This document shows positions 19,856 through 28,537 of a stretch of 49,759 nucleotides of DNA, in pieces (positions within the stretch are counted from its first letter, which is position 1; every line of letters begins with the position of its first letter). The DNA lies in the IMG/VR virus record IMGVR_UViG_3300020161_000762, positions 1 through 49,759 of that record; one strand, given 5' to 3'. Position numbers and translations under genes: made by a program. Origin of the DNA: a virus. Lineage: Duplodnaviria > Caudoviricetes. A model generated the notes under the pieces. That model was not told where the DNA came from. It saw nothing but the letters and a program-made list of their open reading frames with translations, and did not search any database.

Positions 19856-20254
19856 ATGCGATTCAAACCCTCAAACCCACGCCCGGACGGCATGGCCGAG
19901 AACAATGACTGCGTCGTCCGCGCGCTGTCGCTGGCGTTCAACATGCCCTACGTCAACGTGCACGACGCGTGCGCCGCGGCCGGCCGCCGACCCCGTCGCG
20001 GCATGTTCCGCTCACAGACCGATCAGGCGATTCGCCTGCTAACGTCCAAGAACGACGCGAGCGGTTCGACGTTCCCGTACCGAAACCACCGGCCAACGTT
20101 CGCGCAATTCGCGGCGATGCACCCGGAGGGCCGGTACATTGTGATCAAGCGCGGGCACGCCGTCGCTCTGATCGATGGCGTGTATCATGACATGTACAGT
20201 AGCGCCGCGTGCGGAGCCCGGAGCAGGGTCCAGTACTACTACCGGGCCGCGTAA
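19856..20254 (+). CDS. Early protein with Cys/His motifs (DCVVRALS...HAVALIDG), possibly papain-like fold
   Basis: 132 aa, AAGGAG RBS; fold call rests on motif spacing only. Confidence 0.55.
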   Translation: MRFKPSNPRPDGMAENNDCVVRALSLAFNMPYVNVHDACAAAGRRPRRGMFRSQTDQAIRLLTSKNDASGSTFPYRNHRPTFAQFAAMHPEGRYIVIKRGHAVALIDGVYHDMYSSAACGARSRVQYYYRAA

Positions 20255-20256
20255 CA

Positions 20257-20309
20257 GCACATCTGATGATGGGGTGAGTCCCCGAAAACCGCGCGAGCGG
20301 TTCATGTGC
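20257..20309 (+). ncRNA. Type I hammerhead ribozyme 3 (divergent)
   Basis: Stem I GCACAU/AUGUGC, CUGAUGA(U), GGGG-ugagu-CCCC, GAAA, ACCGC-gcga-GCGGU, UUC; predicted cut after 20303. Confidence 0.8.
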
Positions 20310-20313
20310 AGAA

Positions 20314-20347
20314 TTTCACATAATGAAAAGTAGGGGTAAAAAACCAA
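20314..20347 (+). promoter_or_regulatory. Third copy of the early promoter module
   Basis: TTTCACATAATGAAAAGTAGGGGTAAAAAACCAA upstream of the ORF at 20379. Confidence 0.65.
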
Positions 20348-20378
20348 GGTAGTATCACAACACCACAGGAGCATCACA

Positions 20379-20585
20379 ATGCGTTACTCAGAGCAGTTAG
20401 CAAAACAGATCTTCGCCAATAACCCGGCGCTGACGACGGAGAATGAGATCCTCGACGAGGGTTACCGGGTCACAAAGGAAGAGATATCCAAGGCAGTCGC
20501 GGGTGCGCTCTTCAATTGCGACGAGGATTTTCAAGGCGATTTTATTGACGAATACAACAACCTGAAAGGAGCATCACAATGCTAA
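20379..20585 (+). CDS. Early hypothetical protein
   Basis: 68 aa, AGGAGCATCACA leader. Confidence 0.65.
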   Translation: MRYSEQLAKQIFANNPALTTENEILDEGYRVTKEEISKAVAGALFNCDEDFQGDFIDEYNNLKGASQC

Positions 20586-20776
20586 TTGTAAACCTACACA
20601 CCAAGGGCCCTGATGGGTGGGCTCAATTCAAAAGCGCGCCGATCAACAGCGCGTCGTGGGGTCAGGCTGACCGGGACATGATCGACTGGATGTGTCAGAA
20701 CGGCGAGAACGTCGTCACGATCGGCCATGACATGTATGAGATCGTCACACCTAAAATCAACTGGAGCAGACCATGA
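20579..20776 (+). CDS. Early hypothetical protein
   Basis: 65 aa, same AGGAGCATCACA leader. Confidence 0.6.
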   Translation: MLIVNLHTKGPDGWAQFKSAPINSASWGQADRDMIDWMCQNGENVVTIGHDMYEIVTPKINWSRP

Positions 20777-20964
20777 CACTCGAAGAGATCAGAGCAGAGC
20801 AGGCCCGCATCAAGGCGCAGTTCTACGCGCGCAAGGCCCGACTCGACACCGTACGCGCGGAGCGCGAGGCCAACACCACGCTCACCCCGTGGGTGGTGAT
20901 CGGCGCCATCGCGCCCATGTCAGACTATCACGAGAGCGTTGAGCGCGGATGGTCAACCGACTGA
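20773..20964 (+). CDS. Early hypothetical protein
   Basis: 63 aa, GGAG RBS, ATGA overlap. Confidence 0.55.
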   Translation: MTLEEIRAEQARIKAQFYARKARLDTVRAEREANTTLTPWVVIGAIAPMSDYHESVERGWSTD

Positions 20965-21025
20965 GAGTCTAGCGAGCAGGGTCCGCCCTGCTCAGTACAC
21001 TTTCAACCAACCAAGGAGCATCACC

Positions 21026-21250
21026 ATGATTCAATTTAAGACCGGCCGCACGTACGACGCGGAGCAAGTGCTCGAGATCACCATCGAGCAGGACAAGGAG
21101 GACGAGTTTGGCATCCGCAAGATCACTGCCACGTTCGTCGACGCATCACGCCACATCGAAGGCCGCGTGCACACCGTAGCATCCGCATTCGCAGGCATCG
21201 GGCCGATCGTGCTAGAGGCCTACGACGCCGGACATTACACCCCAATTTAA
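21026..21250 (+). CDS. Early hypothetical protein
   Basis: Start MIQFKTG after AACCAAGGAGCATCACC. Confidence 0.65.
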   Translation: MIQFKTGRTYDAEQVLEITIEQDKEDEFGIRKITATFVDASRHIEGRVHTVASAFAGIGPIVLEAYDAGHYTPI

Positions 21251-21265
21251 CCAAGGAGCATCACC

Positions 21266-21463
21266 ATGAGACTACGCAACAGACCAGTACGCGAGGCCAC
21301 CAACGAGGAAATAAAAAAGGTGGCGTTGGCATATCGCGACGGGTACGACCTGACCGACGAAGATTGCGAGGAGATCCGCAATCAAGTCGGGATGTTCCAC
21401 GCCCCCAAGGACGAGACCATCGCGCAGGCGGTGGACGACTTTATTCGAGCATACGAGTGCTAA
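21266..21463 (+). CDS. Early hypothetical protein
   Basis: 65 aa, identical leader AACCAAGGAGCATCACC. Confidence 0.65.
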   Translation: MRLRNRPVREATNEEIKKVALAYRDGYDLTDEDCEEIRNQVGMFHAPKDETIAQAVDDFIRAYEC

Positions 21464-21474
21464 GGAGAACGACC

Positions 21475-21663
21475 ATGATGAGCAGCACAGAACGGTTCCA
21501 GTACGTTAACTGGGCGCTGGATAATTTCCCCGAGTTCGTGACCAACCCGGAGCAGTACCGGGCGTCACAGATCGCGTGGGAGGCGCGTAAGGCGCGCGTG
21601 TTTGACCCTGAGTATTTCATGGCGCGCATGCGCTCTGAGGACCTTGTATTCCCCAACGAATAA
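21475..21663 (+). CDS. Early hypothetical protein
   Basis: Start MMSSTERF after TAAGGAG. Confidence 0.6.
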   Translation: MMSSTERFQYVNWALDNFPEFVTNPEQYRASQIAWEARKARVFDPEYFMARMRSEDLVFPNE

Positions 21664-21674
21664 GGAGCAACACC

Positions 21675-21866
21675 ATGAACCTGTACCAACGAATGATCGC
21701 AAAGGCCACCGGCATTGACGACGTCGAAAAGGTCGACATGATTGAGCAGTACATGCGCCAAATTTACTTTCACTCGACGCTGTCATGGCAGACCCAAGAG
21801 GAACTGAACACAGCCGCGATCGAGTCCGCCGCGGAATTACAATCCATCAACTGGGACTTTAGATAA
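21675..21866 (+). CDS. Early hypothetical protein
   Basis: 63 aa, TAAGGAG RBS. Confidence 0.65.
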   Translation: MNLYQRMIAKATGIDDVEKVDMIEQYMRQIYFHSTLSWQTQEELNTAAIESAAELQSINWDFR

Positions 21867-21880
21867 CCAAGGAGAAGACC

Positions 21881-22159
21881 ATGCAGAAAATTGAACTGCA
21901 ATCGGTGAAGGTCAAGGCTAAGATCAGCCTGACCGCCGACGACTGGCAACTGTACAGCAACGTGCCAGGCAGAAACCTGACCGCCAAGCGCCTTAATCGG
22001 GCCGTGGAGCGTAAACTCGCCAAGGGTGAAATCGGCACCGTGCACGAGGCGCTCTACCCGTTCTCAAAGTGGGGCGCCGCGGACAGTGAGGGATTTTGGG
22101 CGCTGTCCAAAATTTTAAGAGACCTGGGATTTGACCCGGAGAAGGCGGTCCGGTGGTGA
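21881..22159 (+). CDS. Early hypothetical protein
   Basis: 92 aa, AACCAAGGAG RBS. Confidence 0.65.
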   Translation: MQKIELQSVKVKAKISLTADDWQLYSNVPGRNLTAKRLNRAVERKLAKGEIGTVHEALYPFSKWGAADSEGFWALSKILRDLGFDPEKAVRW

Positions 22160-22228
22160 TAGACGTCCTGACCCTCATGGCGGCCTGCGGGGCCGTCATT
22201 TTAGTATTCCGCCCTTGGGACCTCGACT

Positions 22229-22250
22229 AAAAGTAGGGGTAAAAAACCAA
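22229..22250 (+). promoter_or_regulatory. Fourth copy of the early promoter core
   Basis: AAAAGTAGGGGTAAAAAACCAA upstream of the ORF at 22282. Confidence 0.65.
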
Positions 22251-22281
22251 GGCAGTACCACAACACAACAAGGAGCATCAC

Positions 22282-22584
22282 ATGATTAAAAAAGAAAAAA
22301 TGCGCGTGTTCGATCACGCAGGCAACGCGGTCACAATCGACGTCACGGTGATCGACGACGAGCGCGACTACGCCATGCTCGAGGAGCCGCCCGAGCCCGT
22401 GATCACCGTCACGTATGACGGCGGTTCGTGGGTGGTGTACGGCGACGAAAACTCTGAGCACCCCGACTTCGAGGAGCAATGGTGGCCGGTCGTGATGTAC
22501 GGTGGGAGCGAGTACGGGGACGAGGCCAAGCACTACGCCAAAAAGTGGGCAAAGGCCGTACGCGGTGTTTGGGAAGAGGTATAA
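22282..22584 (+). CDS. Early acidic hypothetical protein
   Basis: 100 aa, AAGGAGCATCAC leader. Confidence 0.65.
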   Translation: MIKKEKMRVFDHAGNAVTIDVTVIDDERDYAMLEEPPEPVITVTYDGGSWVVYGDENSEHPDFEEQWWPVVMYGGSEYGDEAKHYAKKWAKAVRGVWEEV

Positions 22585-22609
22585 TTTAATTTTAACCAAG
22601 GAGAATCAA

Positions 22610-22885
22610 ATGGAAAACCAAGGAAACAAGATTGACATCGCGCGCTCGCGCAAACTGTCCGGCGAACTTCTTGCCACCAATGGCAAGTTCGTCACCGTGA
22701 CATTTGTCAAGAAGGACGGCACCGTGCGCAAGATGAACTGCCGCACGGGCGTGACAAAGCACCTCAAGGGTGGCGAGTCCACGCTCGACGCGGAGCAGTA
22801 CGTCACCGTGTACGACGTCGCCAAGGCCGCGTACCGCGCGATCAACCGCGACACCATCATCGACATCAGCGGGGTGGAACTATGA
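22610..22885 (+). CDS. SH3/Sm-like beta-barrel protein (WYL_2/DUF2693-like)
   Basis: FVTVTFVKKDGTVRKMNCR...VYDV.K.AYRAI motif; start MENQG after AAGGAG. Confidence 0.6.
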   Translation: MENQGNKIDIARSRKLSGELLATNGKFVTVTFVKKDGTVRKMNCRTGVTKHLKGGESTLDAEQYVTVYDVAKAAYRAINRDTIIDISGVEL

Positions 22886-23172
22886 GAGAGTCACTCGTTC
22901 ACTTTGCGGGGGCGAAGCCCAAGTGCTTCACCTCGCACGAGCAGTACAGAGACTGGCGCAAACTAGCGCGCGGAACCGTCACGAACAAAACGTTTGGGCC
23001 TTGCATCGACTGCACACCCAAGTTCCAGCAGGACATGATCCGCGCCAAAAAATGCGAGAACCCGTTCGTTGAGTTCCGCATGGTGAAGGTCATGCTACGC
23101 GAAGGCGAGACCGTAGACGAGATGCAGGGCTACGTGCGCGTCATAGACGAAGACGACGACGGGAGGTGCTGA
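22882..23172 (+). CDS. Hypothetical Cys-containing protein
   Basis: 96 aa, CIDC plus two more Cys; ATGA overlap. Confidence 0.55.
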   Translation: MRESLVHFAGAKPKCFTSHEQYRDWRKLARGTVTNKTFGPCIDCTPKFQQDMIRAKKCENPFVEFRMVKVMLREGETVDEMQGYVRVIDEDDDGRC

Positions 23173-23174
23173 TC

Positions 23175-23315
23175 ATGCTAACCGTCTTCGGAATCTTGCT
23201 CTCGCTGGTCTCGTTCCATGCGGCCGACGTGTTCGGCTTGTCATCCTCATCCGTTGGTGGTATGCTCCTCGGGGTTACCATGATCGGGATGGGTGTGTAC
23301 TTTGGCAAACGATAA
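23175..23315 (+). CDS. Small membrane protein
   Basis: 46 aa with two hydrophobic segments, GGAGG RBS; below the ORF-track cutoff. Confidence 0.45.
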   Translation: MLTVFGILLSLVSFHAADVFGLSSSSVGGMLLGVTMIGMGVYFGKR

Positions 23316-23874
23316 ATCGGCAATATCAGGCTACGTTCGTGGCCTGTACTCTTACCAACCACTACCCCTCGACGAGGAGAGGAAACTGTCCGGCATGATA
23401 CAGGCAGGTGACCGCCCCTCGCTCGAGCGGCTCGTGAAGCACAACCTCCGGTTCGTCATATCCGTCGTGAAGACCACCCCCGAGTGGCGCTACAGCGTGG
23501 TGCCACACGAGGACCTGATCGCGATGGGTAACGAGGCGCTACTCAGAGCGGCGAGGAAGTGGGTCCCCAAGAACAACGCGCGCTTCGCAACGTACGCGAA
23601 GCCATTCATCATACGCGGGGTTCGGCGGGCGATTGACAACGAGTGGGGGCTGATCCGTCTGCCCGTCAACATCTCCGAGGAGATACGACGGGTGAAGTAC
23701 GCGGAGAGGTCCCTGATGCAACGACTCGGGCGCGACCCGATCAACGAAGAGATCGCGCACGAGGCAAAGACCCACCCGGACAGGGTGGTGAAACTAAACA
23801 ACCTGATCGCCCGGGGGCCAATATCCCTCGAGTCGTTCAGCCCTGAAAACTTTCAAGAGGAAGACGAAGAATGA
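23293..23874 (+). CDS. Sigma70-family (RpoD/RpoS-like) factor with regions 1.2-3 only
   Basis: LVKHNLRFVISV, DLIAMGNEALLRA, RFATYA, IRLPV, LGRDP..EEIA, PISLE, then stop; no region 4. Start may be TTG at 23302. Confidence 0.85.
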   Translation: MCTLANDKSAISGYVRGLYSYQPLPLDEERKLSGMIQAGDRPSLERLVKHNLRFVISVVKTTPEWRYSVVPHEDLIAMGNEALLRAARKWVPKNNARFATYAKPFIIRGVRRAIDNEWGLIRLPVNISEEIRRVKYAERSLMQRLGRDPINEEIAHEAKTHPDRVVKLNNLIARGPISLESFSPENFQEEDEE

Positions 23875-24473
23875 AGGAATACCAATTTACCAACGACTGG
23901 TTCGGCGTCGCGCGCAACATGTGGCCCAGCCTGATCAGCAAACTGCCCGACGACAAGTCGTTCTTGGAGATCGGATCGTGGGAGGGCCGCGCCACGGTGT
24001 GGATCGCGGAGAACATGGCCGCGGAACAAGACGCGATGATCACGTGCGTGGACACGTGGCAGGGTGGCGAGGAGCACGACCCCAACGAGATGAACGACGT
24101 CTTCGCACGGTTCAGCGCGAACATGAGCGCGCTCTCAGACAACCAAAAGGAGCGGGGCAGGAACATCCTGATCCGCGCGATCAGGACCAAGTCATCGCAG
24201 GGCCTCGCCGAACTGATACACGAGGAGCGCTCGTTCGACTTTATCTACATCGACGGATCGCACATCGCCAAGGACGTGCTCATCGACGCGTGCATGTCGT
24301 GGCCCCTGCTCAAGGCGGGCGGGGTGATGGTGTTCGACGACTACATGTGGTGCGGCTCGCCCCTGCTACTGCACCGCCCCAAGCCCGCGATCGACGCGTT
24401 CACCTCGGTCTTCGGTCAGGACATCTACGTGCTACACAACGGCTACCAAGTCGCCATACAAAGGATAAGATGA
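23871..24473 (+). CDS. Class I SAM-dependent methyltransferase (Methyltransf_24-like)
   Basis: LEIGSWEGR, CVDTW, FDFIYIDGSH, LKAGGVMVFDDY. Confidence 0.85.
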   Translation: MKEYQFTNDWFGVARNMWPSLISKLPDDKSFLEIGSWEGRATVWIAENMAAEQDAMITCVDTWQGGEEHDPNEMNDVFARFSANMSALSDNQKERGRNILIRAIRTKSSQGLAELIHEERSFDFIYIDGSHIAKDVLIDACMSWPLLKAGGVMVFDDYMWCGSPLLLHRPKPAIDAFTSVFGQDIYVLHNGYQVAIQRIR

Positions 24474-24673
24474 TGGGAGACAAGGATCAGAAAATCATAC
24501 TGAAGGACGTGTACGGCGAGTCGGGGGACCTGCTCAAGATCGTCGCCACCGACCGGTGGGGCGAGCACGCGTACGACTTCTTGTGGACGCAGGACGAGCC
24601 CAACACCCCCGAGAACCGAGAAGAGTTCAGACTTTGGGTGTCCCGGTTTTTAGAGAATAAGGGTTTACTCTAA
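24470..24673 (+). CDS. Hypothetical protein
   Basis: Start MMGDKDQK via ATGA overlap. Confidence 0.55.
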   Translation: MMGDKDQKIILKDVYGESGDLLKIVATDRWGEHAYDFLWTQDEPNTPENREEFRLWVSRFLENKGLL

Positions 24674-24680
24674 TATGTCC

Positions 24681-24803
24681 CTGCACAGGTTGCACAGGTC
24701 GCACAGGTCTAAGTGCACTCACTTATTCTTTTTTTCTTCTTCTGATAAAATAAAAGAAGAGGTAAGTGGGTTTAGACCTGTGCGACCTGTGCAACCTGTG
24801 CAG
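24681..24803. repeat. 123-bp palindromic element, copy 2 (probable replication origin)
   Basis: Same 32-bp arms as 18337-18459 with a diverged A/T core; 18 bp upstream of the primase-helicase. Confidence 0.9.
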
Positions 24804-24821
24804 CAAATTTCATAATGTGGA

Positions 24822-27128
24822 ATGACCATGGAAAAACCAACAAAAATTGATGTGGACTTCGAGCGGATACCGTTCGAGCTCAAAAAGATCCCGCGGTGGG
24901 TTATGTGGCGATTTGTGGAGATTGGCGAGGGTGAGAGCCGTCGCTGGTCCAAACTGCCCGTGCAGGCGAACATGCACGCCGCGAGCAGCACCAACCCCGG
25001 CACTTGGACAGACTTCCTGAGCGCGCAGAACGCGTACCAAACCGGCAAGTTCGACGGTGTGGGGTTCGTGTTCGACGGATCTGACGGGCTGGTGGGTGTC
25101 GACCTGGACGATTGCTACGCCGGGGGGCAGTTTACGAGCCCCGAGGCGGCCCGCATAGCCTCGGAGGTAGAGGGGTACATGGAGGTCTCTCCGAGCGGCA
25201 CAGGGGTCAAGATATTCACGCTGGCGGCCATCCAATCCGCGCACGTAGACCACGACAAGGGGCTGGAGATCTACCCACGCGGGCGCTACTTTACGGTGAC
25301 GGGCCAACACATCGGCGGTGCGATACCAACGTCCCCAATTGATCTGTCCCCATTTATCCCGGAGAGATCCGTTCGCATGACGGGTGACGCGTTCGCGGAC
25401 TACACACCGCCCGTGGCGGAGTACGACGTCGCACGGGTGGAGTCCGACCTGCTCGCGCACCTCGACGCTAACTGCGGGTACTCGGAGTGGCTACGCGTGG
25501 GCATGGCGCTCCACCACCAGTTCAACGGCGACGTGGAGGCGTGCGAGGCGTGGGATCGTTGGTCCGCGACCACCGAGGGCAACTACCACCCCGGCGAGTG
25601 CGCCCGGAAGTGGGACAGTTTTACCAAGGGCAAGGGCGCGACTCTGCGCTCGATCATATTCGAGGTGAACCAAGTAAAGAAGAGCGAGGCGCTCGCCCGG
25701 GGTGAGATCGTGCTCGACCCCGCGCCTCTGAACCACGCGGCGGAGTATCTCGAGTCGGAGCACACCAACGAGGAGGGCACCACGCTCGTGCACTACGCGG
25801 CGGAGTTCTTCAAGTACACGGGCAACTGCTACGAGCCCGTCGAGGACGCCACGGTGCGATCTAAGATGTACGCGTTCTTAAACAAGTGCAACAAGACGGA
25901 CCGCCGGGGCAACCTGATACCGTTCGCGCCCACGCCACCACTGGTGAGCGCCGCGATCGACGCGTTGCAGGCCACGGTGCACCTGCCACAGAGTGCGCAC
26001 TCGCACCCGCCGGTGTGGCTCGAGGGGTTCGGCAAGAGCAAGCCCGAGGCGTCGAAGCTGATCAGCCTGAAGAACGGGCTCTTCCACCTCGAGGACTCGG
26101 TGCTACTGCCGCACACGCTCGGGTTCTTCACGCTGAACAGCCTGCCGTTCGAGTACGACCCGACGGCGAGCTGCCCGGTGTGGGAGGGATTCCTCGAGCA
26201 ATTGTGGGGGCACGACAGTGAGTCGGTGGACACCTTGCAGGAGATCTTCGGGTACATCCTGTCGGGCGAGACCGACCAGCAGAAGTTCTTCAACGTCATC
26301 GGCCCTCGCCGTAGTGGCAAGGGGACGATCAACAAGGTGCTCGTGGACCTGCTAGGACAGCACAACACGGTAGCGCCGGAATTAGGAGAGTTATGTGACA
26401 CGTTCGGACTACAGCCATGGCTTGGCAAACTACTTGCATCGTTTACGGACGCGCGTGCGCCGGAGAGGAACCGTAGCGCTGTTGTTTCTCAGCTTCTGCG
26501 TATTGTTGGTGGTGATACCGTAACCGTGAACCGCAAGAACCGCGAGGCGTGGAACGGGTACCTGCCAACTCGTATCGTGATCTACTCGAACGAGGTGATG
26601 CAGTTAACCGAGAACAGCAACGCGCTCACCGGCCGGATGATCGTGCTCAAGATGACTAACTCGTTCTACGGCAGGGAGGACACGCAACTCTCCACCAAGC
26701 TGAAGGCCGAGCTCTCGGGCATATTCAACTGGGGCATGGAGGGCCTGCGCCGTCGCAAGGCGCGCGGTGGCAAGTTCGTGCAGCCCGCGTCGGGCACGGA
26801 GCTCTTGCACGTGATGGAGGAGCTCTCCAATCCGCTAGGCACGTTCATCGAGGACACGCTGGTACTTGACGACAAGGCGAGCATCAGCAAGGACGACCTG
26901 TACCATGTCTTCAAGCGGTGGGCTACGGCTCGCGGGATACACCCGGGCACGGACCTGACATTCAAGCGCCAGTTCTTGGCGGCGACGAGTGACAAGCCGA
27001 TACGGATCACGCAGACGAGCAACGGCGAGGCACGGGTCAGGGTGTACCAAGGGATACGCTTCCAGGAGCGCGCCCAGCAGTACGTGGACAGCGTTAACAA
27101 CTCTCTTATGAGCGAGGACTTTTTATGA
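24822..27128 (+). CDS. Primase-helicase (prim-pol, PriCT-2, D5/P4-like SF3 helicase)
   Basis: GVDLDDC, EVSPSGTG, YFTVTG; YSEWLRVGMALH (PriCT-2); Walker A GPRRSGKGT. Confidence 0.9.
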   Translation: MTMEKPTKIDVDFERIPFELKKIPRWVMWRFVEIGEGESRRWSKLPVQANMHAASSTNPGTWTDFLSAQNAYQTGKFDGVGFVFDGSDGLVGVDLDDCYAGGQFTSPEAARIASEVEGYMEVSPSGTGVKIFTLAAIQSAHVDHDKGLEIYPRGRYFTVTGQHIGGAIPTSPIDLSPFIPERSVRMTGDAFADYTPPVAEYDVARVESDLLAHLDANCGYSEWLRVGMALHHQFNGDVEACEAWDRWSATTEGNYHPGECARKWDSFTKGKGATLRSIIFEVNQVKKSEALARGEIVLDPAPLNHAAEYLESEHTNEEGTTLVHYAAEFFKYTGNCYEPVEDATVRSKMYAFLNKCNKTDRRGNLIPFAPTPPLVSAAIDALQATVHLPQSAHSHPPVWLEGFGKSKPEASKLISLKNGLFHLEDSVLLPHTLGFFTLNSLPFEYDPTASCPVWEGFLEQLWGHDSESVDTLQEIFGYILSGETDQQKFFNVIGPRRSGKGTINKVLVDLLGQHNTVAPELGELCDTFGLQPWLGKLLASFTDARAPERNRSAVVSQLLRIVGGDTVTVNRKNREAWNGYLPTRIVIYSNEVMQLTENSNALTGRMIVLKMTNSFYGREDTQLSTKLKAELSGIFNWGMEGLRRRKARGGKFVQPASGTELLHVMEELSNPLGTFIEDTLVLDDKASISKDDLYHVFKRWATARGIHPGTDLTFKRQFLAATSDKPIRITQTSNGEARVRVYQGIRFQERAQQYVDSVNNSLMSEDFL

Positions 27129-27499
27129 TAATAGGAATAGGCTCAGACATTGTGAGCATTGACCACGTGGGCAACTGCTACAAGAAACAATCCTGGGCGT
27201 TCGTGCACAGGATCCTTGGCAAGCTGGAGCTCGACTACTTCGCGCAGATTTCCGACAACCGCGCCATGTCGGTGAGCTACTTGGCTCGCCGGTTCGCTGC
27301 GAAGGAGGCCACGCTGAAGGCGTTGGGGATAGGCATGAGCTCAGACCTAGACCTGAGAGACGTTCAGATACTGAACGACTTCAAGGGCAAGCCCGAGCTT
27401 CACATCGAAAAGCCCGGCTTGTTCCCGCACCGCGCGCACGTTACAATCACGGACAATCACCGCGACGTTGTCGCGTTCGTCCTTATCGAATCAAACTAA
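27125..27499 (+). CDS. acpS: Holo-ACP synthase (4'-phosphopantetheinyl transferase)
   Basis: MIIGIGSDIV, LARRFAAKEATLKALGIG, GKPEL motifs. Confidence 0.9.
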   Translation: MIIGIGSDIVSIDHVGNCYKKQSWAFVHRILGKLELDYFAQISDNRAMSVSYLARRFAAKEATLKALGIGMSSDLDLRDVQILNDFKGKPELHIEKPGLFPHRAHVTITDNHRDVVAFVLIESN

Positions 27500-27511
27500 A
27501 GGAGAATCAAA

Positions 27512-27739
27512 ATGTCTGACCAAATAAACTACGCATTTCCGTCTGAGAACGACCAAAGTAAACTGTACCACTATGTTAACAAAGGCATGACCTTGCGTGA
27601 CTATTTCGCGGCCAAAGCAATGCATGCCATATTGGCGAGTGGTGATATAAAACCAGATGCAAGTCAACTATTAGCACATGAAGCATATAAAGTTGCGGAA
27701 TCCATGCTAAATCAATCTTCACGCTACAAAGGAAAATGA
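27512..27739 (+). CDS. Phage hypothetical protein (GMTLRDYFAAKAM family)
   Basis: Characteristic motif, AAGGAG RBS. Confidence 0.7.
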   Translation: MSDQINYAFPSENDQSKLYHYVNKGMTLRDYFAAKAMHAILASGDIKPDASQLLAHEAYKVAESMLNQSSRYKGK

Positions 27740-27885
27740 GAATGAATATGCACCCCTCGGGCATGACCCAAGAGCGTTGGGACTGGCCGTTCAAAACGGC
27801 CGAGGAGCGCAAGCTCGTCGTGAAGTATTTCAGGAAGCAGGGCAAAGTAGATCCAGTACAAGAATATGGGGAGGCGCCGCTATGA
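27736..27885 (+). CDS. Small hypothetical protein
   Basis: 49 aa MRMNMHPSG...; ATGA overlaps at both ends. Confidence 0.45.
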   Translation: MRMNMHPSGMTQERWDWPFKTAEERKLVVKYFRKQGKVDPVQEYGEAPL

Positions 27886-28091
27886 GCATCGTCGGAAGAA
27901 TTGGGAAGTGGACGTCAAAGGCCGCGCTCGAGGAGGCGCTCCAACAGGTGGGCGATGAGGACCCGGTGATGGTGGTGAGCATCAGCAGAACCGATCAGCA
28001 GATGCGCTACTGGACCGCGAACTGCAACAACATGGAGGCCAACTGGATGGCTGACAACATCAAGGACGACGTCATGGGAGGACGGCTATGA
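27882..28091 (+). CDS. Hypothetical protein
   Basis: Start MSIVGRIG after GGAGG. Confidence 0.55.
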   Translation: MSIVGRIGKWTSKAALEEALQQVGDEDPVMVVSISRTDQQMRYWTANCNNMEANWMADNIKDDVMGGRL

Positions 28092-28537
28092 CTGACCTAC
28101 GCAAAGCAGCAGAGCAGGCCATAGAAGCGATTATGCACGGCGGCGTGAAAGAACAGGCCGCAGCAGTTTACGAATTACGCCAAGCACTAAATGTCGATGC
28201 CGTAAACATATCAGCAAAATGTGTCGATGAAACGGCAAAACATGAACATGAGCCTGTGGAGTACACGGGAAACGGAACTGCCGGTCGTGAGGCAGATGTG
28301 CGCCCGGCTGGATATTTCTTTAAGATGAACGACATGGTGAACCACCCACCGCACTACAAATCCGGCGGGATCGAGACGATCGACTTCATCGAGGCCAAAG
28401 AGCTGCCCTACCACCTGGGCAACGTGGTGAAGTACATCAGCCGCGCGGGTATCAAGTCGCACTGCCCGATCGAGGATCTGAGAAAGGCGCAGTGGTACCT
28501 AAACCGATACGTGCAACTTATGGAGAAAACAAATTGA
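28088..28537 (+). CDS. DUF3310 (T7 gp1.7/SaV-like) domain protein
   Basis: DMVNHPPHY..GGIETIDFI...GNVVKYISRAG.K...EDLRKAQWYL. Confidence 0.8.
   Translation: MTDLRKAAEQAIEAIMHGGVKEQAAAVYELRQALNVDAVNISAKCVDETAKHEHEPVEYTGNGTAGREADVRPAGYFFKMNDMVNHPPHYKSGGIETIDFIEAKELPYHLGNVVKYISRAGIKSHCPIEDLRKAQWYLNRYVQLMEKTN

Noticed and set aside
20960-20997. Fourth hammerhead (CTGAGAG...GAGCAGGG-tccg-CCCTGCTC)
   Set aside because: No GAAA core or stem I; only a simple intergenic hairpin.
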